NCBI GenBank assembly: GCA_028534125.1
Contig: CM052816.1
Span: 7,380,001 to 7,444,000, forward strand
Source: Lama glama
Lineage: Eukaryota
DNA: 64,000 nucleotides
Direction of reading: 5' to 3'
In this document: piece by piece, positions 25,537 to 38,504 of the stretch
Position numbering within the stretch: the stretch's first letter is position 1
How the letters are laid out: each line of letters begins with the position of its first letter
The notes under the pieces: model-generated
Told to the model about the DNA's origin: nothing
What the model saw: only the letters and a program-made list of their open reading frames with translations
Database searches by the model: none
Program-made: the position numbers and the translations under genes

Positions 25537-28500
25537 AAACCAAGGCAATGTTTCAAAATCTGTCTTCAATAAAACTTGTGATCCCTTCAAGAATGCTTGA
25601 GATTTCACAATTCAGTGACAGCGGATGGTGTGTTTCTCGTAACTGCTTGGGCAGTTACTTTATTTGGCTCTGTATTACCTCAATGCGTACAGTTTTATTG
25701 CACTATCTCAATTCAAACTATCTTGAAGATAGAATCTGTACATTATCCCTTGATAGCCATACTGGATACCAACACATTGTATGAAAATATTTCACTAAAT
25801 GATTTTTGAATAAAGCAATGAATGTTACTTTACCTGCTCTGACAAAGTGCTTTTATTTACTAGTAGAAATAAATATGGAAATGCTTTCATAAGTTCAAAA
25901 TCATAATTATTTAAATATCAATAAATATGTAGTTTCCAGAAAAAGATACTGTAATAAAAATTAAATTAGCCTATAAAATATAAGTTAAACTTGGTTTGGG
26001 TCTAAATGTGACCCAAACAAGAAACAAATACATTAATATTCATTTTCTTTACTTTTTCAAATGATATATTTCACCATGTGTCTAAGGATATTTCAAGAAA
26101 TATAGGACTTAAAAAATTATGTATGTTTGAACACATTGGTGATACTAACTCTTATTTAATTTTATAATTGCATTTGTGTGTATCTTACTAGTCCACATAA
26201 TCATAGTGTTTATGATAGTTACAAAAATGACTCTAATTCAAGATCTACAAATCAATACCTCTATGGATTTTTTTGGTCACTTTGAAAAGTAACTTTTTTT
26301 TTTTAATATCACATGTGTTATAGCAAAAGATGATTAGAAAATAAAATGCTAAAGTCACTTTCAGTGGTCCCCCTTCCACATTTATTTTGCCTACTGGAAA
26401 TTGTTAATGATTTCTTTACTGAGATAAAATATATTAGTATAAATAATATAATTTATGCACAATGATTTATTTATACACATGAAATGAAATTACTTTCTGT
26501 CACTTTTTGCCCCATGCAATATTGAAATAAGAATCTCTGAGACACCTTGGGAGATATTTTTACTCTTTCTACAAGCAGTGCCAAATCTGTGCCAGATGCT
26601 CAGGAGAAAACCAAACCAAACAGAACAAAACTTTTATCAGTAATACTCAAGTGGTGATATTTAGAAAAGAAAATTACTGTGATAAACACAAAGTGTCTGG
26701 ATAGCATTAGTCACTCAATACAAGATGTTTAATGAGTGAATTAAGAAGATCAAAACAAAAACTTCTACTGTGTCAGCTCTCAAATTCTCAAATTTCCAAG
26801 ATTATATAAAGCTGTTCAGTTTCAGCTCATCTACATCTTATAAACTAATATTTTGAAAATAATGCAGATTTCTGAAATTTTTAAGTGAACTTTCCTTATA
26901 CGAAAAATTAGTAACTTGAGACAGTAAATATTAAGTTTTATATTAAATACGCATTTTCCTTTATACCCACGCTTACTAATTTGACTCATTGATTTTTTTA
27001 GCAAGGATTATGAAAAGTAAGTCAAAAACATCCGACAAACACATAAGGTAGTTCTACATCAGGTTACATAATTAATATGCATTTTTTAAAGCATAATAGA
27101 CTTTCTCTAAATTGTGTAATTTATCACTTAACATTTATTAAATCAAATTCATGGTCTTGGCATACAGAATGCAGAATTTGTATATCTGGGGTGGGAACTT
27201 TTTCTTGTATTAACAAAACCCTCCTTTTAAATCAAATATAATTGAAGCTTAGGTATTTGCCATATAATTAGAAAACTGGGTGCTTTTTCAAATAATGTGT
27301 TGTTAAGGAAGGTCTATAACATTTCTTATTAACCCAAGAGACTGGCAGCACATATTTTAGAGAATCAAAGAAATTCTTACGAAGTACAATCTCTCACCTC
27401 TTTTGTGAAATTAATTGGTGTAAATATAGACATATGTATATATGAGGAATCCTGGTTGAAATCAGTTTTTTGTCATAAAAGGCCAAACACATAATGAGAA
27501 TTGGAATTAGGGATGTGTGGCTTAAGATGAGCCTTCTCTTGGAATTACCCAGAAAACATCTTTTTTATTATTTATATATGACTTACTGTCTTGCACATGG
27601 CAAAACTCAAGTGTACTATACATGAGGCTTTTTCCTTTAGCATATAGTCACTTCAAATTTCCACTATATAGAGAAAAAGAAAATTAGTTAATTAAGTAAG
27701 AAAAATCACTGAGAAATGTTAGATCGTAAGATAATTCAAAAATTATAATTTATTTAGCACAGCAATATCAAAGAAATACTACATTTAAAATTTCTCTTAA
27801 AATCAGAGAAAGTTTTTTGTTAAACAATATTGCTAAAGAAATTCTATAGTCTTGATTTTTAACTCATGAAGTAATAGCCAATAAAATAAATCAAAAAATC
27901 CCTCATTAAGTTTACTATCTGCACCAGCTTTGTGACATCTTTGTTGCCTGTAGGCTTCATGTAGGTTTCCCCAATTTTCTAGAGAATGTACATTCAAAAC
28001 TATGGGTCAGAAACATTGATTTGGATACAGCAGCATTTCCATACAGAGGTTTTGGGTGCACACTTGTGTGGGTATGCACAACTTTTAGGACTGAAATGAA
28101 ACAGTTCAAAGCATTTATACAGACACCCATTCTATCATATTTGAAATTTCTCACCTGATCTTACCCATAAAGCATTCATTTTTAACTCATTTGTTAAATG
28201 CGTACATCTTCTCACCCTATTAACATCGTTACAAACACCCAGTTGTTTACCTTAGCTTAAAAAGTCTAGAATTTAATGTACAACTTTCTAGCCCTTTCAG
28301 TGTCAGATACCAGCATTCACTAAGAAGAAAGTAAAACGCTCCAGCCCCCACAAAAGTCTCGGTAAATAAAAGCAAACTACTCACTACTCACTACTCAAAA
28401 TACACACCTAAAGAAGGTGCTATTTATTCTGTAGTTTATATTATGCCCACTTTTCCCCAGGGGGGAGACCATAATAAGGACTAGAGAGAGAATAAAGCGC

Positions 28501-30569
28501 TCTTCTTCGAAATCCAAACAACTACCATCCGAACAATGGACACCTATGAGTAATAATAGGCACTTATCGTACCGTTAGCCAATTTAATGTAAGTTTAAAA
28601 AAATTGCTAAAATAAGTGGAATGAAAATTTTGCTCTTTGTAATTGCCTAGAGTACCATTAAACAAAATATTCTCCAGTAATTGAATTGCCAGACCAAGAG
28701 GAAGAAAACTGATGTTACAGCATTTTTCCATAATCAGAGTAATGATTCTAGCATGGTGTGATTACACCATGCACTTGTTAAAATTTGCATTTTTCAAGAC
28801 AGATAAACTATTTGTGTGCAGTAAACACATTTTTTTATATGGTTTAAGACTACCCACGTGAAAAGTTGTTACAACCATTTGGACTCAGATTTAGTGGAAT
28901 TTCAAACTTATTTCAACCTGTAACTGCTAACTCAATTTTCCAGAAGAATGTTTTTAATTAAAAATAATTTAGATCTACAAATTTCAAAAATGTATGTGTA
29001 TATAGAATGATATATATGTTTAGTAAATCCAGGTGAAGGGAATATAGATGTTCATTATGCCATTTCAATTCTTCTGTAACGTACATTTTCAAAATAAAAC
29101 GTTGGAGAAAAATCAAGCAGAAACAGAAAAATGACACAGGGAAAATTCAGTGCAATTCACTGATGCCCACATGCCTACTCAACCATTCTATTATTGTGAA
29201 AAGAGCAATTATTATTTAACTCTATATTGTGCGGGGGTTTGGGGTTTGTGTATTTGCTTGTTTGGGAAATATTCTATTCCTACTTCCCCAGAAAAATTGG
29301 CTATCTGGGCTGCTTCTCTGCTTTTTTCATTTTTTAAATATGTTACTGAAATTTTGGAAGATCTGTAATATCTTTTTAGATCTTTACATGGTTCCTGTTG
29401 TAGTTTATGAAATAGGTTTTACCTTCAGTTGCTTTATATGTTACCCTGACATTTTAGGGCTTCAGACAATAGGGATGAATACCCTATTACCTACACATTT
29501 CTTCTCAAATCCTTTTTTTCTCTCCTTTCCTGGAAGTTGGCTGATCATATATTTGGAAATCATGATACTTTGAATCAAAAAATGCCTCTCAAAAGTAGTG
29601 CTTAAGAAAAATTAAGTTTTTATCCTTTTTCCACGCTAGTCCGCTGCATCTCCCTCCAACCATTCTATCAGGGATCCTGACACTCGGAGAGGAAGAAGGA
29701 AACGTAAAGTGATTTGAGCTTAGAAAACCTTTCCTGAAAGCAGTTCTACAAAATTCCAGTTACTCTATATTTGAAAGAGTTCAGTTATCTGACTACCCTG
29801 GAGATGCCAGGGAGTCCTGGATACACTGTTTTCATCTGAGGCAGCGCTTTGAAAAGCAATCAGAAATTTCAAGGACTGAATATATTCTAAGTTCTTATTT
29901 AGTTTAATTATAGATATATACATATCTTTCCAAAGTAATTTTATATACATATCTCTAAACTGTGTATGTTCATACCGAGGTGAAGTATTTGACAACTATC
30001 AGGTTTACATAACATTCCAACCTCCAGAAACTTTCATCTGTTACTCTGGTAAATTATGACTTGCTCACAAATATTTTTTCTCCTTCTTAAGATAGGAGTA
30101 GGGGTGGAAAGATAGAACTCCCCATCTATATGTCATCAACAAACATGTCTTCTGAACGAATGGTTCTCATTTTCAGCCTTCCTTTTAGCTAGATGGAACA
30201 ATCTGATGAAATTCAGGTTAATGAGTATTATCAAATTTGGTGTTTGTATGATCCATGTCATAGTTATAAAATAATAGGTAATTTACCTCTAAACTCCTAT
30301 TCTTAACACCCTTAATGTTTCTATATTATACCACTGTAATTTAAAATTTTAATGTTCATAAATATTTCTTTAACTTTCATTATTAATTCATATTAACATT
30401 CACATATGGACATGCTCTTCTGTATTTCTCTCCCCAAGCAGGATGCATTACAGCTATAATTTCTGTTCATTATCATTATTTCCTTTATCATTATTATTAA
30501 AATTCCTATTAAAATAAAAATCCATAAAAAGAGCATATAAACAAAATGTAAATCTTTTCCTCAATATTT

Positions 30570-31780
30570 TAAATTACGCATTTTAATTAACATTACAGTA
30601 AAATTGACTCATTTTTTGCTATACTATTCTATGAATTTTATCACTTGTGTAGATTCCTGTAATTAACCACTACAATCAGAATACAAAACAGTTCCCCCGA
30701 CCCTCAAGCCCTCTGATACTCCTTTGTAGTTACACTGACTCCATCCATAACTCCTGGCAGCTATCTGTCTACTCATCACTGTAGTTTTGCTATTTGGAGT
30801 ATGTCACATACATAAAATCAACAGTATGTAACCTTTTGAGACTGCTTCCTTCACTCAGCACAATTCTTTTGGAACAAGTGATTACACATACCTGCAGTTC
30901 ATTTTTATTGCTAAGTAGTATTTCATTTTATGATGTATCACAGGTGGTTTGTCCAATCCTCACTTAAGGACATGTGGACTGTGTCCTGATTCTGGTGATT
31001 ATGGAGAGAGTAGCTGTAAGTTTTCACATACAGGTTTTCCTGTAAATGGAAGTTTTAACTTCTCTCAAATACCTAGGAGTGTGGTATCTTGTGATATCAT
31101 ATGATTAATGTATCTTTAACTGTATAATAAACTGAATTTTTCAGAGTGGTCATACTATATTACACATTACCATCCAATGCGTGAGACTTCCAATTGTCAT
31201 ATGCCCTTATCATCCTTTGGCATTATTCCTATATTGTATTTTAATAATGGTTTCTCGTGTTACTTCAAATTTGCATTTTCATAGTGGCTACTGATTTTGA
31301 ATATGTTCATGTACTTATTTGTCATTTCTTTACCCTCTTAATGAAGTGTCTATTAATTGCTTATTTTCTACCTCTTTAAGTATTGAGCGATTTTTATGTA
31401 TTCTCAGTGCATGTCCATTGTCAGAATGTCCTTTGCAAATACTTCCTTCCAGTGTATCTTTTACCTCCATTCTGTTATCATTGGTTTTCGCAGAGATTTA
31501 TTTACAGTTTGTTTGCTCTTATTAAAATTCTGTCTAGAGCAGTTTTGAGTTCACAGGAAAACGGAGGGGAACATACAAAGACTTCCTGTATACTTCCTAC
31601 CTCCAATATCAACATGTATAGCTTTCCCATCACCAACGTTCCTAATGACAGTGGTACAGGGGCTGCAATGTTGTTTTGCCAACAACAAATGAGTTCCTTG
31701 CAAGCACTTGGTGTTATCAGTGTTTTGGCTTTGGTCTTTCCACTAGGTGTGTAGTGGGATCTCAATGTGGGGTTTTTTTG
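30570..31780 (-). mobile_element. Old LINE-1 (L1M) fragments
   Basis: Typical L1M 3'UTR and ORF2-end motifs on the minus strand. Confidence 0.7.
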
Positions 31781-31816
31781 TATATATATGTATTTTTTAT
31801 TGAAGTCTAGTCAGTT

Positions 31817-32232
31817 TGTAATAGAAAAGAACAAATCGGATTCTGTATTAGATCTATTCCTTTAGCTTTAACCACTGTGCCCTGTCTTCTAGACTTAATA
31901 TTGCTAGCGCCGCACTCACGTAAAGATAACAAGTTGCAGAATAGAGAATAACGTTTGTTTTGTTGGAGGGTTACAGGGGCACCATGACCTGGCCCATGTG
32001 GACAGCTGCAGGAACAAAGAATTCCTACCAAGAAGTTTGCAACAACCAATCACACCCCCTTCCCTTTTTTAATTAAAAAAGAGCCTTAATTCTGACTTGG
32101 GTAAGATGCTTCTCCAAGATATTAGCTGGCCATCCTGCCGGCTTCCTGAATAAAGTCACTATTTCTTGCCCCTCGTCTCCCGATTTATTAGCCTGTCGTC
32201 CTGCGAGCAGAATGAGTTTGGACTCAGCAACG
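31817..32232 (+). mobile_element. LTR of the same family, internally deleted, without TSD
   Basis: Aligns by eye to the 25022 LTR. Left flank agtt, right flank (g)cttt. Confidence 0.85.
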
Positions 32233-33732
32233 CTTTTAGATTTGGGAACCCATGTGAATGTGTTACCTGTTTATAATTCAGTAAATACATTTTTATCGAA
32301 ATGCTCCTTTGCCGGAACCCAGTCAATTCTGTTAAATCAATTACAGCATCACAATAGCCTCTCCATCATCTGTTCTCACCTCCAACACATATCCTGTCAC
32401 CACCACTGTCCCCACTCTGCAATTACCCTGGGAAGAAGTAGGATGCTTTTTAAAAATTACATATTCTTTATGTTTTAGAACCAAACTTTCTAATTATCAA
32501 TTTATAGTCATAAATCCTTATAAATGCAAACTGCTTTCAAACATATGGTCTAATTAGGTCATTACAACACACCTGTGACAGTTTATTTGTTTTTAGCCCC
32601 ATTTTATAGAAAAGTGAAGCTGTAAGAAACTAAGGGCCTTGCCCAAGGTCACTCCTCTGGAAATGACAGGGCAAATCTCCATCGTCTGAAGAACAGCTGA
32701 CATTCCTTCTGATGCCGCTTGGAGGTCGGCAGCTTCCACACCATCCTTCCCGTCTCCAAAAAGGGAAAAAAGGAAAGATGACAGGAGGCCTTTGACGGAT
32801 TTTATTTCCATCCCCTGACATTCCAAGACAGACTGATGTAAGCGTGGTTCAGTCTGGGTCTTGGTCCTGGGGGGGGACAGTCCTGGCAGAGAGAGGAAAA
32901 TAGCCAACTGGAAGGAAGGAAAACGTTCCTGGCTGGTGTGGAGAGGTCCCTGCCAGTAAACGGGACGGATGCTCCAACTTGCCACAGACATGCCCCAAGG
33001 TCCCATTAACACCATGGTGCTGAACCAGAAAGACGCTGCACACTTAGGTAACACTGCCGACTTCCTGGCAACTTTCAAAAGCAAGACTGTTTCTACTGAC
33101 AGAGGTGTGGGTGGGACGTTTGAGGATGGAACTGAGAATGGGAGGGAGGGTTTGGCAGCTGAAGATGGAGTTGCAGGGCGCCCTGGGTGTGCTTCTCAAA
33201 AAGTTTCCCTATGTAAGATTTTCCTCCGGTTCCATTTCTTAACCTCCTGACCGACTCTAGAGTCCCAGATTCACGTGATGCTAGCCATGAAAAGAATGAG
33301 ATGCGCCCTTCACAACTGTTGCCTGGAGCCATGGTGGAAGCCGACTGGGGGCTCAGAACAGTAGCAGCAATAGTCGAAAGGACAGCTTGTAACCAGAATT
33401 TCTCATCATCTAAGTACGGTACATAATACAAGAAAGCCGTGTAACATGCAACATCCAAGGCCATTCATAATGGTCTCCAACATGTGTTCTGATTACCAGA
33501 AGTCTGTCACCACGCCTCCTAGCGGAATAAGGTGACATGGATAGCTCCTCTGATCTCTTCTGATACATCACCCAGGAAAAACACAGACTGCTTCTGATGC
33601 AACATGACGTATTTATCCCAGGCAGGAGAGAAAATTGGATGCTCAACCATCACACAGAAAAGGCTGAGAATTTTTATTTTTTTTTCCCTGAAGAAAGAAA
33701 TAAGTAATTGTCAATAGCTCTTTTGACAGCTT

Positions 33733-33762
33733 CAATTCACAATTCACAATTCACAATTCACA
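33733..33762. repeat. (AATTCAC)4 heptamer tandem repeat
   Basis: Seen directly. Confidence 0.9.
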
Positions 33763-35274
33763 ACTACTTTCATGACTCCAGAGGTTGTAAAAAGCATCAT
33801 AAAATGTAACAGCTTAAATTTACCAGAAAGCCAACTTTGTTTAGTCTCACCCTAAATTCTCAGATGAACTTGCAAATTTCACTTAGCTCTGATGTGGTAC
33901 CTTCCCAAGAGGCCAGGAGATAAAGATAGAAGGAGCCAAGTGTGAGGTCCATCAGCTCCAACACCTAAATTCGGCTCCATGGCAGCTCAGCCAAATGGAA
34001 GAGCTCATTTTCTTCCTCCCAAAGCTTCTGATTCTTAGAGCAATGCAGCACGCCCACCCTCTGTTATCGAAGAGACCCAGGTGATGAAAGGGAAAAGGAA
34101 TTCTCCCCTAGATTAACATTGGACCACCAGAAATAGGACCATCTTCGCACTGAAACAGTTCTCCATGGCCACATTGTTCTATTTCCTTCTAATGACGGAA
34201 GATCTAATTCCAGGGAAATGCTAATAGCTTCATTATGTGGCCACAGGGCTAATCAATTACATAGCTAAAGAGTTTGGGGACTGAGCTATGAGGTATTTTT
34301 GGAACAACATCTGACCCCTTGATATAAATCTATTGTTACCAAGTGTAAGTAAAACTCACCAATTGGAGAATCAAAGGACAAGACTAAAGATTTCATGTGG
34401 AATATGGTCGCGTCTGACTCAGGCTCACTCTTGGTAAGTCCAGTTCAGTGTGGAGTGGGTGCTGGTACAGCCTAAAAGGGTGAAAAAAACGCAGGTGCTT
34501 GGAACCATGTTGGGAGCAAAACATAGGACAGGTGCTCAGAAAATTCTGGCAACCCATGGAGGAGGGGTCAGAAGAGTCTAGGAGTCTCTGTCAGGAGGGT
34601 AGCCCTACAGAAGGAACCCTTGGTGATGTCAGGCAAGTAAGGATCAACAGTTCTCCTTAGTTGGACGCACCCGCCCACGATGAGAAGTTTCTGTGCAAAG
34701 AATATGAAGAGAGTCACCAGGTGTCAGAGAGGTTCGCAAGAACAAGGCCACTATGCTAAGCCACCCACAGGGCAAGAGACGGACACTTCCCGTGAGGCCA
34801 TCACGGATGGGCGGAAAGAAGCCACCTGACATGTGCAAGTTGGTTCATGAGCCCATAAAGGAAGTCCCTGTCCCAGGAGACACCCACATCCCTACATCAG
34901 AACTCTCTCCAGCGGTCTGCCACGTCATCCTAAAAACATCTCAGATGGAGACTGGGAGCCGTGGGGCCCCCGCCTCACCTGACCTGGTCCCATCATCATC
35001 CCAGCTCAGTTGTGGCAATGCCACTCCTTTGGCAAAGTGACGGTCTTCAAAATGTCCCTGCAACTCTGGCATCTACCCCAGATTGGAAGATCCCTTTTAC
35101 ATTTTCATGCGCAAAATTATCCTGACCCTTATGTTCCACAATTACGTTGCTCATCCTATAACTCTATGTCTTAGCAATTATACGTAAGAATCATAGAAGT
35201 GTTCGATTTAACAATTACTTCATTTCCTTGAGGACTTTTTCCTTCCTCTTAGAAAATTCCTTAGATCGTTAGAC

Positions 35275-35277
<3 letters not shown>

Positions 35278-35315
<38 letters not shown>

Positions 35316-35345
35316 GTAATAATAGTAATGATAATAATAATGGTA
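35278..35345. repeat. (AAT)n microsatellite
   Basis: Seen directly. Confidence 0.95.
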
Positions 35346-35751
35346 GTAGTCACCGTGCCTCGCAGGTACCGAGTGCTTACTCTGTCCGGCACTATGCTAA
35401 AGGCTTTACACATTTACGTTTCCTACATCATTAAATCACATCACATCAGCCCTGCAGCATAGGTGCCATTATTGTTTCCATTTTACAGAAGAGGACACTG
35501 AGGCACAGTGTGCCAACTTTCATCCCATCTTGTTCCCTCACTTTGTGAGGAGCCACGCCAAAGAGTCAAACCTCAGGAACCCAAAGTTTATGAGCAGCGT
35601 TTGTTTACTGCTGGGAGCGAGGGGGCTGAGGGGAGGATGAGACCAGTCTGGGCTTTTGGGAACAGTCTCTTGACTTCCTAAGTCACAAAATTCACACAAG
35701 AGGTAGCTACTCTATTATTTTCCTGTGGCACAGGGAACAGCCAGCTTTTAC

Positions 35752-35925
35752 CTTACTATCTTCCTGGATCTCCCAGTCACTGGAGAAACTCACCAGTTGC
35801 TGCCCTCGGGAAAGCTGGAAAACTGGAAAAGGCTGGAGAGCATCCTTCTGTTCCCCTGAGTGTCGGGAAAGACGGCATCTTGGAAAATGACTCCATGAGG
35901 CTAGAGGTTATCCTTTTCATCCATC
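35752..35925 (-). pseudogene. CCDC3: CCDC3 unprocessed pseudogene, second coding exon
   Basis: cattag|G MDEKDNL*PHGVIFQDAVFPDTQGNRRMLSSLFQFS../GQQLVSFSSDWEIQEDSK|gtaaaa vs human MDENYNLLPHGVNFQDAIFPDTQENRRMFSSLFQFS..GQQLATFSSDWEIQEDSR. Confidence 0.93.
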
Positions 35926-36452
35926 CTAATGGAAAAGCGGGGGAAGCAGAGCTGTAGACTGGACAGCCATGGGGAGGACCATCTTGAATCAAGTCAGAGA
36001 AGACTGTGACAGTGTTGCCAGGTACACAACACTGTCTCCCACAGAGGACTCTCAGCAGAGGAGCTATTTCTAATGGTTTCTCGGCCTCATGCTGCATGAG
36101 TCCATCCTTAAGGTTTTCAAAACCCCCTCTAAGGATAGCCCAGGAGATCACCTACCCCTGGCCCTGTGGCCAGCAGACGGCTCAGTCTGGCTTGAACACC
36201 CTTCCCCAGAAACCCTCTTCTGTCCACCAAGCACAGGAATCATCCTTGTTTCCCCAAGTCTTAGCCAGAGGTACTCAGGCTCTTTGCACAGACTTCAGGA
36301 GAAGCAGGAAGGAATAAACAGTACAAGGGAAGGGGCCCACGGCATATTTGAACATTTCAGGGACAGGAGTCCCTGGTTCCGAATAAAGGTGCCCTCGATT
36401 TGTCACGCAAGTGGGCCGAGGGGGTGCTGTGGGTGGATGGCGGCGGGCTCAA

Positions 36453-36830
36453 CTGAGGAAAAAAGAATAGGAGTAATCGTGAACCACGGTGTGGTGTGAG
36501 AGTGACATGAAAAGTAGCCCAGGCTGGTGAGGTTGGGCCTGGAGCCCACGGGCACCTGGAGCATGATGCCCCCACGCCTGGTCTCAGAGCATTTCCATCT
36601 CTGCCAAGTAGAGAGCCCGCCTTCCTGGCCTCATACTGCCAGGACAGGCAGTTGCACAGGCCTGGCACCTCGTGGTGCAGCGCCAGCACCTTGGGGTACC
36701 TGATCGTCCCGGCCAGCTCGGCGCGGCAGCCCCTTGCTCAGGGGTCTGGACTCGGAGGGCTGCTGGCAGCCTCGCGCGGTCCAAGCCAGCCGGGTAGGCA
36801 GCGCGCGGAGAGCAGCAGCGGGCGAAACTG
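36453..36830 (-). pseudogene. CCDC3: CCDC3 unprocessed pseudogene, first coding exon
   Basis: CQQPSESRPLSKG/CRAELAGTIRYPKVLALHHEVPGL..AEMEML*DQAWG/MLQVPVGSRPNLTSLGYFSCHSH/TVVHDYSYSFFL vs human CQLPSEWRPLSEGCRAELAETIVYARVLALHPEAPGL..AEVEMLCDQAWGSMLEVPAGSRLNLTGLGYFSCHSHTVVQDYSYFFFLR. ATG lost, about 5 indels, TGA at 36584-36586, donor GT>TT. Confidence 0.92.
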
Positions 36831-37290
36831 CTCCCGCTCAGCGGGAGCGGGACGGGGAGGCGGGTGCGCCGCGCCCGGGGCGCACTAGGCAGGGGCGCAT
36901 GGCGGGAAGCCCGGGAGCAGGGGCGCCCGCGGCGGGGAGCCCTGAGCGCCCGGCCCACGGCGCCGCCCTGCGGGCCCCGGAAGCGCAGCTCTGGGCTCTG
37001 GGCTCCGGGCTCCGCGCGCCCCTCTCTCCGAAGCCGGGCTCACCCAGCCGGCCCGCGCCCCGGACACTTCAAAAGGGGCGCGGGGCGCGCCGGCTGCTGC
37101 CTCCTGCTGCCCCCCACGGGGGGCGTGCGCAGAGGCGGCAGGGGCAGAAGTGGGGAGCCGGCCAGGGGCGCGCGAGGTTCAGGCTCGCTAGACGCGCAGC
37201 GCTGGATGCTTGGGGGGGTCCTGGGGGATGGGGGGTGGCGGCTCCGCGGAAAGTCAGTGCCGGGAGCGTGGCCCCGCCTGCCCTACTGGG
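36690..37290. promoter_or_regulatory. CpG island (promoter region of the CCDC3 copy)
   Basis: Very GC- and CpG-dense ~600 bp over and upstream of the CCDC3 start. The only such island in the window. Confidence 0.8.
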
Positions 37291-37985
37291 TCAAACCTTT
37301 TCAGGCTTAAAGCCTGCTCCAGACGCAGCATCCTAAAAAGATCGCAGTCAATGGCCGTGATGACTCTAGCTACGCTTTTGTATTTTCTATGAAGTTCATT
37401 TAAAGTCAAATACATAGACATTTGACTTTGCAGAGGTTAACTAGGAAATTCAGAGTCTTCTAATAAAGTTTTCTAGATTGTCCATCTGCTTATAATAATG
37501 GTCTTAGGAAAGCCTTAATAAAAGATTTGAAAAGCCAAAGCCATAGTGCTCCAATTTTCCTACATCTACGTGATTTCATGATTTACATAATTTTAACTTC
37601 CAGATTTGGAAGATTTTACATCTGAGGAACAAAATAGGAAGCAAATTCCAAACAGCTTTCCACAAGTGAGCAAGCGAAACTGACCAGACTCAAACTGCAG
37701 TTTTACCTTTATCTCTAAACTCAGCAGTTCCCTTTCCCTCCAAATTTCCTTAACTGCTACTAGTGTAGTAAGAAGAAAAAAAAGGATTTTTAAATAAATA
37801 TGTATACTATCTTATGTATTCATACATCACACGTGTACATAATATCATGCATGTAATATACATATCATCAAGGAGGTTACCCCTTATGTTTCCTTCCAAA
37901 AGTTTTATTCTTTCAGGTCTTACGTACAAGTATTTAATCCATTTTGAGTTGATTTTAGTGTATGGTGTAATTTCCAGTGTCATTC

Positions 37986-38504
37986 TGTTACCAACTCCAA
38001 ACTCATTCTGCCCACCACACAACAGGCCAATAAATCGGGAGAGGAGGTGTTGGGGCAAGGACTAATGACTTTATTCGAAAAGCCGGCAGACCAAGAGGAT
38101 GGCAGACCAATGTCTTGGAGAACCATCCTCAAATCAGAATTCAGGCTCCGTAAACACTAAAAAGTGGAGGGGATGTGGTTGGTTGGTGCAAACTTCTTGC
38201 TGTAGGAATTCTTTGTTCTTATAGCTATCCTCCTAGGTCAGGTCATGGTGGCCCCTGTAAAACCTCTAACAAAACATGTTATTTTCTATTCTGCAACTTG
38301 TTATCTTTATATGAGTGCAAAAGTGTTAATATCCTTAAAGGTCAGAGCCTTGAGAATAGGCTCTCCTGTCAATTTCCGGCTAAAGGGAACATTGTTTTAC
38401 AAAAGGTGCAGAGCCAGCAAGACTAAGCCTAGAAAACAGGGCACAGGGTTAAAGCCAAAGCAACAGATCTCATATGGAGTCAAGATCTGTTCTTTTCTAT
38501 TACA
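37986..38504 (-). mobile_element. Solo LTR of the same family inserted in an L1 fragment
   Basis: Reverse complement of the 25022 LTR, TSD attc on both sides. L1 sequence continues across it (about 37870-38560). Confidence 0.88.

Noticed and set aside
28751..28772. 22-bp near-perfect palindrome gcatggtgtgattacaccatgc
   Set aside because: Isolated and short; no supporting context for a function.
32593..33690. Cluster of 80-160 aa ORFs and an acceptor-like site
   Set aside because: No recognisable protein and not CCDC3 exon 3; more likely copied intron sequence.
36734..37392. 200-aa and 148-aa plus-strand ORFs in the GC-rich island
   Set aside because: Low-complexity R/G/A/P frames expected from stop-poor GC-rich DNA; the real homology is CCDC3 on the minus strand.
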